The position numbers were made by a program, and so were the translations under genes. The notes below the pieces were generated by a model, which did not search any database, had not been told where the DNA came from, and worked only from the letters and a program-made list of their open reading frames with translations. Below are positions 39,502-49,766 of a stretch of 64,000 bases of DNA, piece by piece (within the stretch, counting starts at the first letter, position 1; each line of letters opens with the position of its first letter). Source of the DNA: an uncultured Myxococcales bacterium (GTDB taxonomy: Bacteria > Myxococcota > UBA727 > JABDBI01); NCBI GenBank assembly GCA_964368985.1, contig CAYJDW010000005.1, forward strand, positions 1,513 through 65,512. Direction: 5' to 3'.

Positions 39502-40650
39502 CTATTTCTGAGCATCACGCAAAAAAGCATCAAGCAGTGTAATAAGGGCTTTAGCAGGCATTAAACCTGCGATCTTTCGACCGTTGATAAGCATAGTAGG
39601 CGCCGCTTCGATGTCAAAACCTTTAGTGCTTTCAACCAAAGCCATGACCGCCTTCTTAGTTTCCTCGTTAGAGAAACAATCGCTTATGCCTAAAACTTGG
39701 CTTTGATCCTTAAGCCATTGTTGGCTTAGCTGCATTTGATGATCATAAATTTCATCGTGCACCCTTTGGAAATCTTTGGCGCAATAACTGAGACGAGCAC
39801 TTTCGCAAGCAAAGGGATGCATGGCTGTTGAGACGCTCTGGTTGCATTCCGAATCAAGCGGAAAAAACAAATAACGTACGTTGAGAAGACCCTGGTAGCG
39901 AGTGGAGACTTTTTGAATTTCTTCGCCTAAGATCTTACAAAAAGGGCACTGAAAATCAGAAAATAAGGTTATGCGTAAAGGCGCGTCAGCAAAATTTTCG
40001 GTCGCTTTGACGAGGGCATAGGAAAAATCTAGCTTGCTATCATCATAGATTTTCTCTTCTCGTATCTGGGTCACCCATTCAAGAAAAATTTTATCTTGTT
40101 TTTTTATTCGCTCTTCGTTGTAGAGCCTGGTCCCAACCCCCATCACGACGACGGCCGCGCCATAAAGAGCAAGGAGTCTCAGGTCTGGTTTCGGCTTATG
40201 CGAACCGAAGAACAGGAATACGAGAACCAGAATCAAAGAAAGCACATAATAAATCGTGCAGCCTGGGCATAGGCCGTGCAAAAAAACTAGCGAATAAGCA
40301 AAAAGCACGACGCAACCTACGAGGTTCAGCCATGCTAAAAAGAAGTTGGTCGAGGCCACTTTTGGATTTTTAATAAAAACGCCCGCAATAATAATCAGGC
40401 CAAAGATCAAGCCAAACAGCGCGGTAGGGACAGAAAAAATGTTGCTAAATCGCGAGAAAGCGGCACCATCACAGTTCCAAAAGCGTGAAATATCGCAGAA
40501 GGAGCCCATGCTTAAGCTTCGAGGAAAATGCACCGCAAAATAATGATCTGTAAGGTAGAGACTTATTCCAGCCATACAAATGCCAACGAGGGCAAGGAAA
40601 ACTGGAAGATATTTATGCGCTTTTCTTCGGTCAGACATGGCTAATTCCAA
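39502..40650 (-). CDS. Vitamin K epoxide reductase (VKOR) family membrane protein fused to a C-terminal DsbA/thioredoxin-like domain
   Basis: About 5 TM helices. Loop Cys pair FCDISRFWNCD spaced 8 apart. Membrane CXXC LCPGCTIYY (compare VKOR CXXC-TYA). C-terminal soluble domain with FSDFQCPFCK. Confidence 0.7.
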   Translation of the reverse strand: MELAMSDRRKAHKYLPVFLALVGICMAGISLYLTDHYFAVHFPRSLSMGSFCDISRFWNCDGAAFSRFSNIFSVPTALFGLIFGLIIIAGVFIKNPKVASTNFFLAWLNLVGCVVLFAYSLVFLHGLCPGCTIYYVLSLILVLVFLFFGSHKPKPDLRLLALYGAAVVVMGVGTRLYNEERIKKQDKIFLEWVTQIREEKIYDDSKLDFSYALVKATENFADAPLRITLFSDFQCPFCKILGEEIQKVSTRYQGLLNVRYLFFPLDSECNQSVSTAMHPFACESARLSYCAKDFQRVHDEIYDHQMQLSQQWLKDQSQVLGISDCFSNEETKKAVMALVESTKGFDIEAAPTMLINGRKIAGLMPAKALITLLDAFLRDAQK

Positions 40651-40762
40651 AAATGTAGATCGATAGTGACTGGGAACGCTATTAAAACTCGATGAAATAC
40701 TCTTTTAACGAGCTTCGCTAGAATTATTTTGGCAGAGTTTGGGCTGTTTGAATAGCCATTGC

Positions 40763-41962
40763 TCATAGCTCCGCCAATTTCTTGTGATGCAGCCGCATAT
40801 GCCCTTTTTGAATGCCTTCGCTACTCAAAGCAAACAGTGCCGCGAGACACTGAGAAAGTCCCACGCTCACCATCACTGAAGCCAATTTTTGGCTGCTTTG
40901 GGCAAAGGGACCAAGAATTTTATGCGCCACTTTTACGCCACGATGAAGACCGCAATTGCCGCCCACCACGCCCACCGCAAGGGGCATAACCAAATTCGCA
41001 TGAAGAATCCGCGTGTCAGCGTCATAACTTAAATCAGTCAGCGCCCGATAATGCCCTCCTCGGGCCGCAAAGGCATGAGCACCGGCCTCAAGAGCACGAA
41101 AATCGCTGCCGGTAGCTATGGCCACCGCATCGACGCCATTCATGATTCCTTTGTTGTGCGTGCATGCCCGATAGGGATCGATCTCAGCAAGCGCGTGGCC
41201 AATCATAATTTTTTCAGCGATTTCATCACCAAAATCATGCCCTTGATCAGGACTTAAAAGCTGCACGGGCAGCGAGCAGCGTGCCCGTGCCAGGCGTTCA
41301 TCACAAAGATTGGAGAGAATGCGAAGACACACTGAGGCACCCAATAAAAGCCTAAGCTTTTCCCCGAGGAGCTCCATCAAACGATTGACTATATTGGCCC
41401 CCATGGCATCGACGACATTCACACGAGGCTCAATCAATAACATCGGCCCCATTTTTGGCGACGACAAGGTGCGGCAATCAATGCCAATCACACCTCCCCC
41501 CCGCTTCACCATGTTTGGGCAGGATTGATTAAGAAAGTCGAGCAGATGGGCTTTATTCTCGAGAAATATACTTTGCGCTTTATCGATGTCGACCAAATTA
41601 TAAAGCTGCACCTGGCCCTTGATAATGGGCGCATCAATTTCAGTATGGAAACCACCTGCTTTCGCGACAATTTTGGCCATTTTCGAAGCCGCGGCGACGA
41701 TGCTCGGCTCTTCAGTCACGAAGGGCACCAACACGCTTTCATTATCAACAACAAAATTAGCCGCCACTGAGAAAGGCAAAGAAAAAGTCCCCACCACATT
41801 TTCACTCAAATGTTCCGCCTCACTGAGGCTTAAACCCTCATCCAAAGCGAAGATATCGCTAGGGCTGAGGGTATCGCAGCGCGCCTGTAAAACCTGGCGC
41901 CGCGCTTGAGGTGAAAGGGCAAAAAAGCCCGCTAATCTTGATTTATAGCTCTGATCGTCCAT
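40763..41962 (-). CDS. mvaA: Hydroxymethylglutaryl-CoA reductase, class II
   Basis: ENVVGTFSLPFSVAANFVVD, DAMGANIVN and the GTVGG-like VGVVGG region. Length of about 400 aa is typical of class II. Confidence 0.8.
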   Translation of the reverse strand: MDDQSYKSRLAGFFALSPQARRQVLQARCDTLSPSDIFALDEGLSLSEAEHLSENVVGTFSLPFSVAANFVVDNESVLVPFVTEEPSIVAAASKMAKIVAKAGGFHTEIDAPIIKGQVQLYNLVDIDKAQSIFLENKAHLLDFLNQSCPNMVKRGGGVIGIDCRTLSSPKMGPMLLIEPRVNVVDAMGANIVNRLMELLGEKLRLLLGASVCLRILSNLCDERLARARCSLPVQLLSPDQGHDFGDEIAEKIMIGHALAEIDPYRACTHNKGIMNGVDAVAIATGSDFRALEAGAHAFAARGGHYRALTDLSYDADTRILHANLVMPLAVGVVGGNCGLHRGVKVAHKILGPFAQSSQKLASVMVSVGLSQCLAALFALSSEGIQKGHMRLHHKKLAEL

Positions 41963-41998
41963 ACCAATGCCTTAAATGGCTAGGCGATAATTTCAAGT

Positions 41999-43462
41999 CT
42001 AATCTTGAAAATAATAGTTCGGAGCTTCCTTGGTGATGGTGATGTCATGGACATGGCTCTCGCGCTGCCCGGCTGAGGTGACTCGAATAAAGCTTGCATT
42101 TTCCTGGAGTTGGCGAATATTCGCAGCTCCTAAATAGCCCATTCCTGCCCTTAAACCGCCCATCAACTGAAAAATAGTTTCGGCCACCGTACCCCGATAA
42201 GGAATGCGCCCTTCGATGCCTTCCGGAACTAGTTTCTTGGCATCATCCACCCGCCCCTGCCCGTAGCGATCTTTCGAACCTTCCTTCATCGCCCCGGTGC
42301 TGCCCATACCACGGTAAACTTTAAACTCTCGACCGCCATAAAACAGGCGCTCTCCTGGAGCCTCTTTGGTGCCGGCCAATAAAGAGCCCGTCATGACCGC
42401 ATGAGCGCCCGCCCCAAGAGCTTTGACGATATCACCAGAAAACTGCAAACCACCATCGCCGATCACCGAATAGCCTCTCTCTTTAGCCCCACGCCCAATG
42501 CTCATAATCGCACTCAATTGAGGAATTCCTACCCCTGCTACCACGCGGGTGATGCAGATTGACCCAGGCCCCACGCCAACTTTAATCACATCGGCACCTG
42601 CTTCGTTTAAAAAGTTAGCGCCTTCCTGCGTCACAACATTGCCTGCTACGATCAAATGATCCTTAAACCATGAGCGAAGCCGCCTGATGGCATCGCCGAC
42701 ATTTTTCGAATGACCATGGGCAGAATCCACCACCAGAACATCTGCACCTGCTTCGACTAAAGCATGGGCGCGTTCCTCAAGGTCGGGTCCGCATCCCAAA
42801 GCGGCACCGCAGCATAAGCGGCCCCGCTGGTCGCGGACGGCGTCGGGAAAAGTAAAAGCTTTATGAATATCTTTGATGGTCACGAGACCCATCAATTTAT
42901 TTTCACTATCTACTAAAGGCAGCTTTTCCACACGCTTTTGCTTCATAAGCTCCAGACAATGCTTGGTGTCGGCTTTGGGGCGAGCGATCACTAAATCCCT
43001 GCTCATAATTTCCCGCACTAAATGAGCTGGATTCTCGGCAAAACGCATATCCCGCGCGGTAAGCATTCCAAGAAGCTCCCCTTCTGAAGATACCACCGGA
43101 AAACCGCTCACACATTGCTCAGCCACCAAAGCTTTAGCCTGCGCAATGGTGGCATCAGGGGCGATGGTAACTGGATTATTGATCACCCATGCTTCATATT
43201 TTTTAACTCGGTAAACTTCCTGTGCTTGATCAGAAATTGCCATGTTTTTATGGATAATGCCCAAACCCCCAACTTGCGCCATCGCAATCGCCATAGGCGC
43301 CGTCGTCACCGTATCCATTGCAGCACTAATAATGGGAGCGTTAAGAACCAGTTTGTTGGCTAGATTAACCTTGGTGTCCACATCCCCAGGCAAAACTTCT
43401 GAATAGTTGGGAACTAGGCTTACGTCGCTAAAAGTAAAAGCTTCGGGCAGATCAATTTTCAT
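41999..43462 (-). CDS. guaB: IMP dehydrogenase
   Basis: CBS pair region, the catalytic [11 protein letters not shown] loop, GGLRAGMGY, and 487 aa. Confidence 0.9.
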   Translation of the reverse strand: MKIDLPEAFTFSDVSLVPNYSEVLPGDVDTKVNLANKLVLNAPIISAAMDTVTTAPMAIAMAQVGGLGIIHKNMAISDQAQEVYRVKKYEAWVINNPVTIAPDATIAQAKALVAEQCVSGFPVVSSEGELLGMLTARDMRFAENPAHLVREIMSRDLVIARPKADTKHCLELMKQKRVEKLPLVDSENKLMGLVTIKDIHKAFTFPDAVRDQRGRLCCGAALGCGPDLEERAHALVEAGADVLVVDSAHGHSKNVGDAIRRLRSWFKDHLIVAGNVVTQEGANFLNEAGADVIKVGVGPGSICITRVVAGVGIPQLSAIMSIGRGAKERGYSVIGDGGLQFSGDIVKALGAGAHAVMTGSLLAGTKEAPGERLFYGGREFKVYRGMGSTGAMKEGSKDRYGQGRVDDAKKLVPEGIEGRIPYRGTVAETIFQLMGGLRAGMGYLGAANIRQLQENASFIRVTSAGQRESHVHDITITKEAPNYYFQD

Positions 43463-43545
43463 AGAGCATCCTCATGGTTAGATCTACCTTGAAGCTTCTA
43501 CTCATCTTTGAGGACTTGGTAACCCCTCGTGACTAATTTTGTTGG

Positions 43546-43690
43546 TCGAGGGGGAGTTAAGCGGTTGTGATGAATTTTGACAAGGCCTAATGCCTGCAGG
43601 TTCGGCCCGTTGAAAATTTCTTATTATATATTCGGCCTGGGCTTCGGCATTAAGCCTTGTCGAAATTCATCACAACCGCTCAACCCTCGG
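43546..43690. repeat. MITE-like element with ~38-bp terminal inverted repeats (…GTTAAGCGGTTGTGATGAATTTTGACAAGGC / GCCTTGTCGAAATTCATCACAACCGCTCAAC…)
   Basis: Arms read directly. The AT-rich interior is 65 bp. Located in the guaB upstream region. Confidence 0.75.
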
Positions 43691-43764
43691 GGCTTTACTT
43701 AAAAATACAGCATGATAAACTTACAAATAACCAATTTTATTGAAACTATTTAGAGAGCTTTTAC

Positions 43765-45579
43765 GTGAGAAAATTATACATATTATTATTATTATTCGCT
43801 CTCTTATCAGTCGCCTGCGGCCGGCAACAAGAAAAACTAAAATATGAGCTGGTCGACTCTCCTAATTTAGAAATGAATGATTATTTGGAGAGCCTAGATA
43901 AGAAGTCGGCAGCCAAAGAATTTTTTGAAGCTCTTGCCTTTAGCGATCCAAGTTCCAAGGTTCAGTTGTCTCGGGATGTTCAATATTTGAAATGGACTAT
44001 CCTATCCTTAAGTTATTTGGAGCCTGCCCAGCTGGCAATAGAGAATGGGCCGCTGAGAAATTTTTTGGCCCTCAGTTTCATGCTGATTGATGCCACTAAA
44101 GATGAATTTAAGCCTTTTACTGGCATTGAGCTGGCTGAATTTAAAGCGGCTTTAAGCTCCTTGATGAAAATAGTAAACAATCAACCTGATACTATAATAA
44201 CATCCGATTTTGCTCTTTTTTCAACTACTTCTAATAAGCAATATTTCACCATTAAAGAACTTGTTTTATTCGTAATGACAGGCCTTTTTAATGCGGAAAA
44301 AAATGTCGTAGAATCTTTCAGTGAAGACTTCTTAAAATGGGTTCAAGAAGACTGGTTCAAAAATATTTTTTCCCTCGTAACTGCTACCATTAAAGCCAAT
44401 GAAGCAAACCTGGATTTCATTAAAGAAAAATTTGTCCATTTAGAAAACCGAATGGAAGATTACAAGAAAATACGTCGATACTTTAAGACCAAAGCATTCC
44501 TCAAGTCTGGAAAATTAGGCCCAAAGATAAATCTCGTTTATAACAATGAGGGCTTTGAATCCGACAAAGTTCGACCCTCTGGCGCCAACAATATAAGAGG
44601 CAATAAAATTGAAATAAATGGCATTAAAGTTGGCTATAATATTTATTTTCCTAAAGAATTAAACCATGACTCAGCTTTGATCGTTCATGTATACGGTGGA
44701 TCAGGGCCGCGCCCAGGATGGGATGATTACGAACCTGGCCATCTAAGCTATTCGTCCCTTAATTGGCTCGAAAATAATATGGTAGTGGCAGAGTTAAATT
44801 TGCCAGACCGCTTTGCCCGCGACTGGGTACATCAGGGCCAGCTGAGCGAGGCGCAGCAAAACGAAATCCATAAAGCGATCGATAACTTTTTCCAGATAAT
44901 AAAAAACAGCCCCAATTCGCTCCTGGAATCTGGAAACACCAAAATTAGAAAACAACTACGCTATTTAAGCACTATGCCAAAATATCTATATGGAGCAAGC
45001 TTTGGCGGAAGGACGGCGGTACGCCATTTGCAACTTTATCCCGATACTTTTGATGGTGCTATTAGTCATGATGGCGCCTTCGACGTGGCTTCTACATGGG
45101 AGTGGAGCCCACGTTATCTATGGCCTATAGAATATATTAATAATTTAGAACAAAGAGTTTTATTGCTGCATAATATGGACGACGCCCGCGTGAATGTTTC
45201 TGAATCTATCAATTTCCATAACGCCCTTCTTAAAGCTCACAAAAAAACCGAGCTCTTTCTCACCTTGCAAGGCAATCCCGTGCCTCGCTCAGGCTGGAAA
45301 GACTTAAGCCTAAAAGGTCATGGCAGGCCTACGCGGCAGGATTATTTTAGGGATTACAATCATAAAATAATAGATTTTATAAAAGGCAATCCGCCCACTG
45401 CTGAGGAAGTAAGTAAACAGGCTCAACTCATAACTTTGGTGGAAAATAAAAGCCATTTAAAAACCAATCACACTAAGGTTTGGTATACTTTGAAAGAAAT
45501 CATATTTTACCGAGTTAAAGATAAAAATTTGAGGCATGAGCTTAGGGATTTTGTTGATAATTTTGTTAAAAGTCATTAA
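43765..45579 (+). CDS. Lipoprotein with a C-terminal alpha/beta-hydrolase (S9/DLH-like) domain
   Basis: GTG start. Lipobox-like MRKLYILLLLFALLSVACG. C-terminal HVYGGSGPRPGW, nucleophile elbow YGASFGG and a late Asp/His. The N-terminal ~300 aa are unassigned. AT-rich. Confidence 0.6.
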   Translation: MRKLYILLLLFALLSVACGRQQEKLKYELVDSPNLEMNDYLESLDKKSAAKEFFEALAFSDPSSKVQLSRDVQYLKWTILSLSYLEPAQLAIENGPLRNFLALSFMLIDATKDEFKPFTGIELAEFKAALSSLMKIVNNQPDTIITSDFALFSTTSNKQYFTIKELVLFVMTGLFNAEKNVVESFSEDFLKWVQEDWFKNIFSLVTATIKANEANLDFIKEKFVHLENRMEDYKKIRRYFKTKAFLKSGKLGPKINLVYNNEGFESDKVRPSGANNIRGNKIEINGIKVGYNIYFPKELNHDSALIVHVYGGSGPRPGWDDYEPGHLSYSSLNWLENNMVVAELNLPDRFARDWVHQGQLSEAQQNEIHKAIDNFFQIIKNSPNSLLESGNTKIRKQLRYLSTMPKYLYGASFGGRTAVRHLQLYPDTFDGAISHDGAFDVASTWEWSPRYLWPIEYINNLEQRVLLLHNMDDARVNVSESINFHNALLKAHKKTELFLTLQGNPVPRSGWKDLSLKGHGRPTRQDYFRDYNHKIIDFIKGNPPTAEEVSKQAQLITLVENKSHLKTNHTKVWYTLKEIIFYRVKDKNLRHELRDFVDNFVKSH

Positions 45580-47527
45580 TTGTCTTTGCCTCTCCGCTTT
45601 GCGGGGACAAATAATCTAAAAACCATTGGGAAACTAATTGTAGCGAAGCATTCTTTGATGCCACCTTGGTAAAAACATGACCTTCCTCAGGAAAGGCCGC
45701 AAGCTTCACTGGGGCACCTTGTCGTTTTAGAGCCCAAAACATTTCTAAGGCCTGTCCAAAATTAACTGCTTTGTCGTCGGTGCCATGGAGCAAGAGCATT
45801 GGTGTGCTACTATTTTTGATAGTTAGAGCGGGTGAGCGTTCAGTCATTAGTTTTGATGCTGTATTTGGCGAATAGTTTTTCCCAAAATAACCAGCAACAT
45901 AGGCCTTAAATTCACTCGTCCCATCGTGGGAAATCCAGTTGGAAATTGCCGCGCCACAAACCGCGGCTTTAAACCTGCTACTTTGCGTTGCGGCACGCTC
46001 GCACAGAAAGCCGCCATAACTCCAACCAAAAATGCCAAGTTTTTTCTCGTCGGCAATTTTTTGTTTCACGAGATAATTTAAGCCAGCAAAAAGGTCATCC
46101 AAATCTTTGCCCCCCAAATCGCCGTGATTAGCCATGCGAAATACCGGCCCATAGCCCATGCTTCCGCGAATATTAGGCATAAAAACCACGAATCCCTTTT
46201 TGACTAACCAAGACGTCGCAAGAGGCGTTCCAAGTGAATAGGGATTAGCTAAATATTCTGCGAAACTATGATAGGTAGGCCCGCCATGAGCAACAATAAT
46301 GGTGGGCAGAGGCCCTTTAATGCCTTTTGGTTTCGCAACCAATGCTTCAATAATTTGGCCATCGACTGAAGGATAGGAAACAGTTTCATAACTCACGTCG
46401 CTTAGATCCAAAGAGGTGCCAGCCACCTTAAAGCAATGCTCATTAAAATCCCCTAAAGATTGGATGCACGCGCGAGCAGCTCTGGTAGGCCCTTCTTCTA
46501 TGTAAGTTAGGAAATCGCGATGGTGGTTTAAAGACCATGTTCGCGTAATGCCAAGGTCCTTAGTGAGCGTCATTACTGGATAGGGAGCTTTAGAAGCCAT
46601 CGTCTTAAAAACCACTGAAACTCCCTGAGCTTCATTAAATAAAAGAGCATTTCCCTGCGAAGAAAAACCGAGAAGTCGAGGTGATGCATCGAAAGTTTCT
46701 GGCAAGAGCACGCTCATTTTTTTCGAAATATCGTAAATCCGAATCTGGGCAAATTGAAAAACCTCAGGTCTAGGCAAAGCAGTGGGTGCATCATTGGTCG
46801 TATAGGCAATAAGATTTTGGTCCGGCGACAAGAGGGCATTATGATTAAGGGATTGATTGTTGGTGAGGGTCTCAACACTTCCTTTATCATCGACAATGGC
46901 AATATTTGCATGCCAAGAATCAAAATATTCTAAAGAAGGGCGATAAGAAAGTAACAATCTTTTTTCATCGCTAAACCATTGAACCGGTGCATCAATGGAT
47001 CCCAACTGCTGCCCGACAGGCAACAACTTTTTTTTAGCTAGGTCGTAGATCCATAACTTTTGTCGAGGACGAACATCCCCTTCAAAATAATACGGGCTAA
47101 GTGGGGGCTTCTCATGACCGAGGAGCGCGAGTTTTTTGTAGTGAGGAGAATAAAGAAGATGACTAAGGGGCACGTTCATCGTAGCAAGCGTGCGCTTCTT
47201 CTTGCTAGCAATATCATAGGTCAAGATCTGATTAGTGAGCCCCTTCTTCTGGACATAACTTATTTGTTGAGGAGTGGGTCCCCAGGTAGCGGTAATGAGC
47301 GATGACGCCGAAATGGGAAGGGTATTTTGAACGCCAGTGCGCGTGTCCACAAGCGACAGCTGGTATTGGTAGCCACCTGCTTGAGCCTGCCGCCGCAGCT
47401 GAAGCAATAACTGTGTCCCCTTCTCGTTAGCTAAGACCTGCTGAATGCGATGAGGATCCACAACAACTTGCTGTGCGAACACACTGAATACAAAAATCGA
47501 TTGAAAGAGAATTAGCGCTTTTTTCAT
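45566..47527 (-). CDS. Secreted S9-family serine peptidase (prolyl-oligopeptidase/acylaminoacyl-peptidase type) with an N-terminal beta-propeller
   Basis: Signal peptide MKKALILFQSIFVFSVFAQQ. TolB-like repeats. GWSYGGFL nucleophile. HGTDDKAV...EGHVF. Confidence 0.8.
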   Translation of the reverse strand: MKKALILFQSIFVFSVFAQQVVVDPHRIQQVLANEKGTQLLLQLRRQAQAGGYQYQLSLVDTRTGVQNTLPISASSLITATWGPTPQQISYVQKKGLTNQILTYDIASKKKRTLATMNVPLSHLLYSPHYKKLALLGHEKPPLSPYYFEGDVRPRQKLWIYDLAKKKLLPVGQQLGSIDAPVQWFSDEKRLLLSYRPSLEYFDSWHANIAIVDDKGSVETLTNNQSLNHNALLSPDQNLIAYTTNDAPTALPRPEVFQFAQIRIYDISKKMSVLLPETFDASPRLLGFSSQGNALLFNEAQGVSVVFKTMASKAPYPVMTLTKDLGITRTWSLNHHRDFLTYIEEGPTRAARACIQSLGDFNEHCFKVAGTSLDLSDVSYETVSYPSVDGQIIEALVAKPKGIKGPLPTIIVAHGGPTYHSFAEYLANPYSLGTPLATSWLVKKGFVVFMPNIRGSMGYGPVFRMANHGDLGGKDLDDLFAGLNYLVKQKIADEKKLGIFGWSYGGFLCERAATQSSRFKAAVCGAAISNWISHDGTSEFKAYVAGYFGKNYSPNTASKLMTERSPALTIKNSSTPMLLLHGTDDKAVNFGQALEMFWALKRQGAPVKLAAFPEEGHVFTKVASKNASLQLVSQWFLDYLSPQSGEAKTINDF

Positions 47528-47650
47528 GGTGACCGAGCTATATCAGGGTTTTGAAAGCCATTTCAAGCGTCGTGCCCGAAATAATCCACGCGTGTTGCCA
47601 AATTCTCCCCACTCAATTAATTTTCGATTAAATTTTTTTTGGGAAAAGTC

Positions 47651-48325
47651 ATGCTACAAAAACTGCTCTTATTACTTCTTCTCCCCGCTCTTTTCGCAGG
47701 ATGCGCCCATATGAAAACTGACACCAAAAAAACTCGGCCTGGTAGCGTGATCATTTTAAACGGTCCAAGTGTCGCCGGAAAAAGTTCAATTCAAAGGGCT
47801 TTTCAAAAAATAAAAATGCCTAATCTTTGGGTGAAAGTGGGCATCGATAATTTATTTGACCTTCCTATGCCGGATATTAACTTAGAAAATCTCAGCTTTT
47901 GGCAATCCGAAAATGCTATTCGCTGGGTCACAACCACTAAAGATAGCGACGGAAACAACGTGGTAACGCTGCACGTTGGGGAACAGGGAGAAAAGGTTGC
48001 CTACGCCATGAACAGTGCCATCAAGTCCTATGCCGAAAATGGGTGCAATGTGATTGTCGATTATATTGCCTATAAAAAGGAATGGCTTGATGACTTGAAG
48101 CAGAAGCTCGCCCCTTACCAGGCATATTATGTAGCGGTCGATATTTCTTTAGAAGAAATAGAGCGCCGCGAGCTCGCGCGACAAACATCGCCCGTTGGCC
48201 ATGCACGCAGCCATTATGGCCAAGTGTATTGGGATCAAATTTATGATTTGAGAGTTGATTCAGAGAAAAATTCCGCCGAAGAAATTGCCCTTAAAATCGA
48301 TGGTTTTATTAGCGGGAAGCTTTAG
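47651..48325 (+). CDS. Lipoprotein, chloramphenicol-phosphotransferase-like (CPT family) P-loop kinase
   Basis: MLQKLLLLLLLPALFAGC lipobox. ILNGPSVAGKSSIQRAF...VGIDN... parallels the CPT N-terminus (IILNGGSSAGKS...FGVD). Confidence 0.65.
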   Translation: MLQKLLLLLLLPALFAGCAHMKTDTKKTRPGSVIILNGPSVAGKSSIQRAFQKIKMPNLWVKVGIDNLFDLPMPDINLENLSFWQSENAIRWVTTTKDSDGNNVVTLHVGEQGEKVAYAMNSAIKSYAENGCNVIVDYIAYKKEWLDDLKQKLAPYQAYYVAVDISLEEIERRELARQTSPVGHARSHYGQVYWDQIYDLRVDSEKNSAEEIALKIDGFISGKL

Positions 48326-48348
48326 ATATTCCCCGCAATAATTTTTTA

Positions 48349-49551
48349 TTATCGTTTTTTTGCCAGGCAAAATGAAAAACCACTTTCACCGTCAGTTACA
48401 TGGCCTAAATCATCGAATTTACCGCTTAAAAAAGGAACGAAGCTGCCTTCTTTGCTCACGAGCTCCACTAAGTCTTTGGGGTAGAAGTGGCACAGATAAG
48501 CCTGAGCCAACACTAAACGTGAAGCCTCTTCTGGCCAGTCTCTTTTTATAACATCTACATAGTCTTTGATTGCCTTACATTGGCGAGTATTTAAGGCGAT
48601 AGCCTCCAAGGTGTTCAAACTGAGTCCATTCTGAGGATCCCATTGCGCCAACTGCATAATCCTTCCCCTTGAAAAATCTTCATCCTTTATAGGGCTATAG
48701 TTTCCACTGATAAAAAAAGTTCTTTCTTTTTCATGAATAGAAATTGTATCAAAGCGAAATTGCGTGGCTTTAAGCGCTTCTTTATTTTCAATCAGTTTTT
48801 TGGCCTCCATATCGTCTTTGCCTTGAGCGCTCAAAAGCAATAGTGCATCTCGACTTGCTAGGTGACCGACAATGGCAAGAAAATCGCGTGCATCTGGCAT
48901 TGAATAAAAATGAATAACATTCCTGCAACAAATAATATCGATTGAATGCGCCTCTAACATATCTGGCAGGTCTTTCCAGCTGCTTTGAATCGCGATCAAT
49001 CGCTGTTGAATCTCTTCAGGTAATCTCGAAAGCAAGTTTCTAAATCTTTGAAGTTCGCTTCCATTGATATCATTAACATAAACTTTCCGCGCTCCGGCCA
49101 AAGCTAATAATATGGCATTTTCTCCAGAAGCAGCACCAATATCAAGAACTATTCTATCGCGCTCTTGTACCGCTATAATAAGATATTTAAGCATCTCGGG
49201 ATTAACACAAAAACTCGAACCATAGGGCGTAATGCTTCCCTGCTCGTTTAATATAGTTCGACTCTTAGATTCATAGACCGATGAGAGAATAGCGGCTGCA
49301 AAAAGAACATAGGCTGGATTATTCTTGGCAATCAGCTCTAAAATTTCTTCTTTGCTGACATTTTTTAAAATCCGCTCTTCATTTCCCGGTTCCAAAAAAT
49401 CCGCATATTTCAATAGAGAAGGCGGCCTTTCTTTGCTAAGAGCTAAGACCTCCTCCTGAAAGGATTTTAAGCGTTGCACAGTGTCGACATCCAGTGAAAA
49501 AATTACTGGTGAAAACAGTAAGAAAACAATCTTTAAAATATTTTTTTTCAT
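48349..49551 (-). CDS. Secreted class I SAM-dependent methyltransferase domain protein
   Basis: Signal peptide MKKNILKIVFLLFSPVIFS. Motif I VLDIGAASGENAILLALAGARKVYVNDIN. Confidence 0.65.
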   Translation of the reverse strand: MKKNILKIVFLLFSPVIFSLDVDTVQRLKSFQEEVLALSKERPPSLLKYADFLEPGNEERILKNVSKEEILELIAKNNPAYVLFAAAILSSVYESKSRTILNEQGSITPYGSSFCVNPEMLKYLIIAVQERDRIVLDIGAASGENAILLALAGARKVYVNDINGSELQRFRNLLSRLPEEIQQRLIAIQSSWKDLPDMLEAHSIDIICCRNVIHFYSMPDARDFLAIVGHLASRDALLLLSAQGKDDMEAKKLIENKEALKATQFRFDTISIHEKERTFFISGNYSPIKDEDFSRGRIMQLAQWDPQNGLSLNTLEAIALNTRQCKAIKDYVDVIKRDWPEEASRLVLAQAYLCHFYPKDLVELVSKEGSFVPFLSGKFDDLGHVTDGESGFSFCLAKKR

Positions 49552-49648
49552 CATATATACCAAGTAGGGTTACTGTTTTTCATTGTCATTAAAAACCGTA
49601 ATCAGCAACAGTTGGTCAAATGCCTGATTTTATATTAATCGCCCTTGC

Positions 49649-49719
49649 CGTCATTGCGAGCGAAGGCGGCAATCTAAGCTCATGGCACCACGCATTGCCG
49701 CGCTTCGCTCGCAATGACG
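49649..49719. repeat. Palindromic element (CGTCATTGCGAGCGAAGGCGGCAAT ... ATTGCCGCGCTTCGCTCGCAATGACG)
   Basis: 25-bp inverted arms around a 20-bp loop, in a convergent/tandem intergenic gap. Confidence 0.8.
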
Positions 49720-49766
49720 ATAAATTTCAATGCGTTTTCTCGATAGAAATTAGGGCGCCTTTGACA

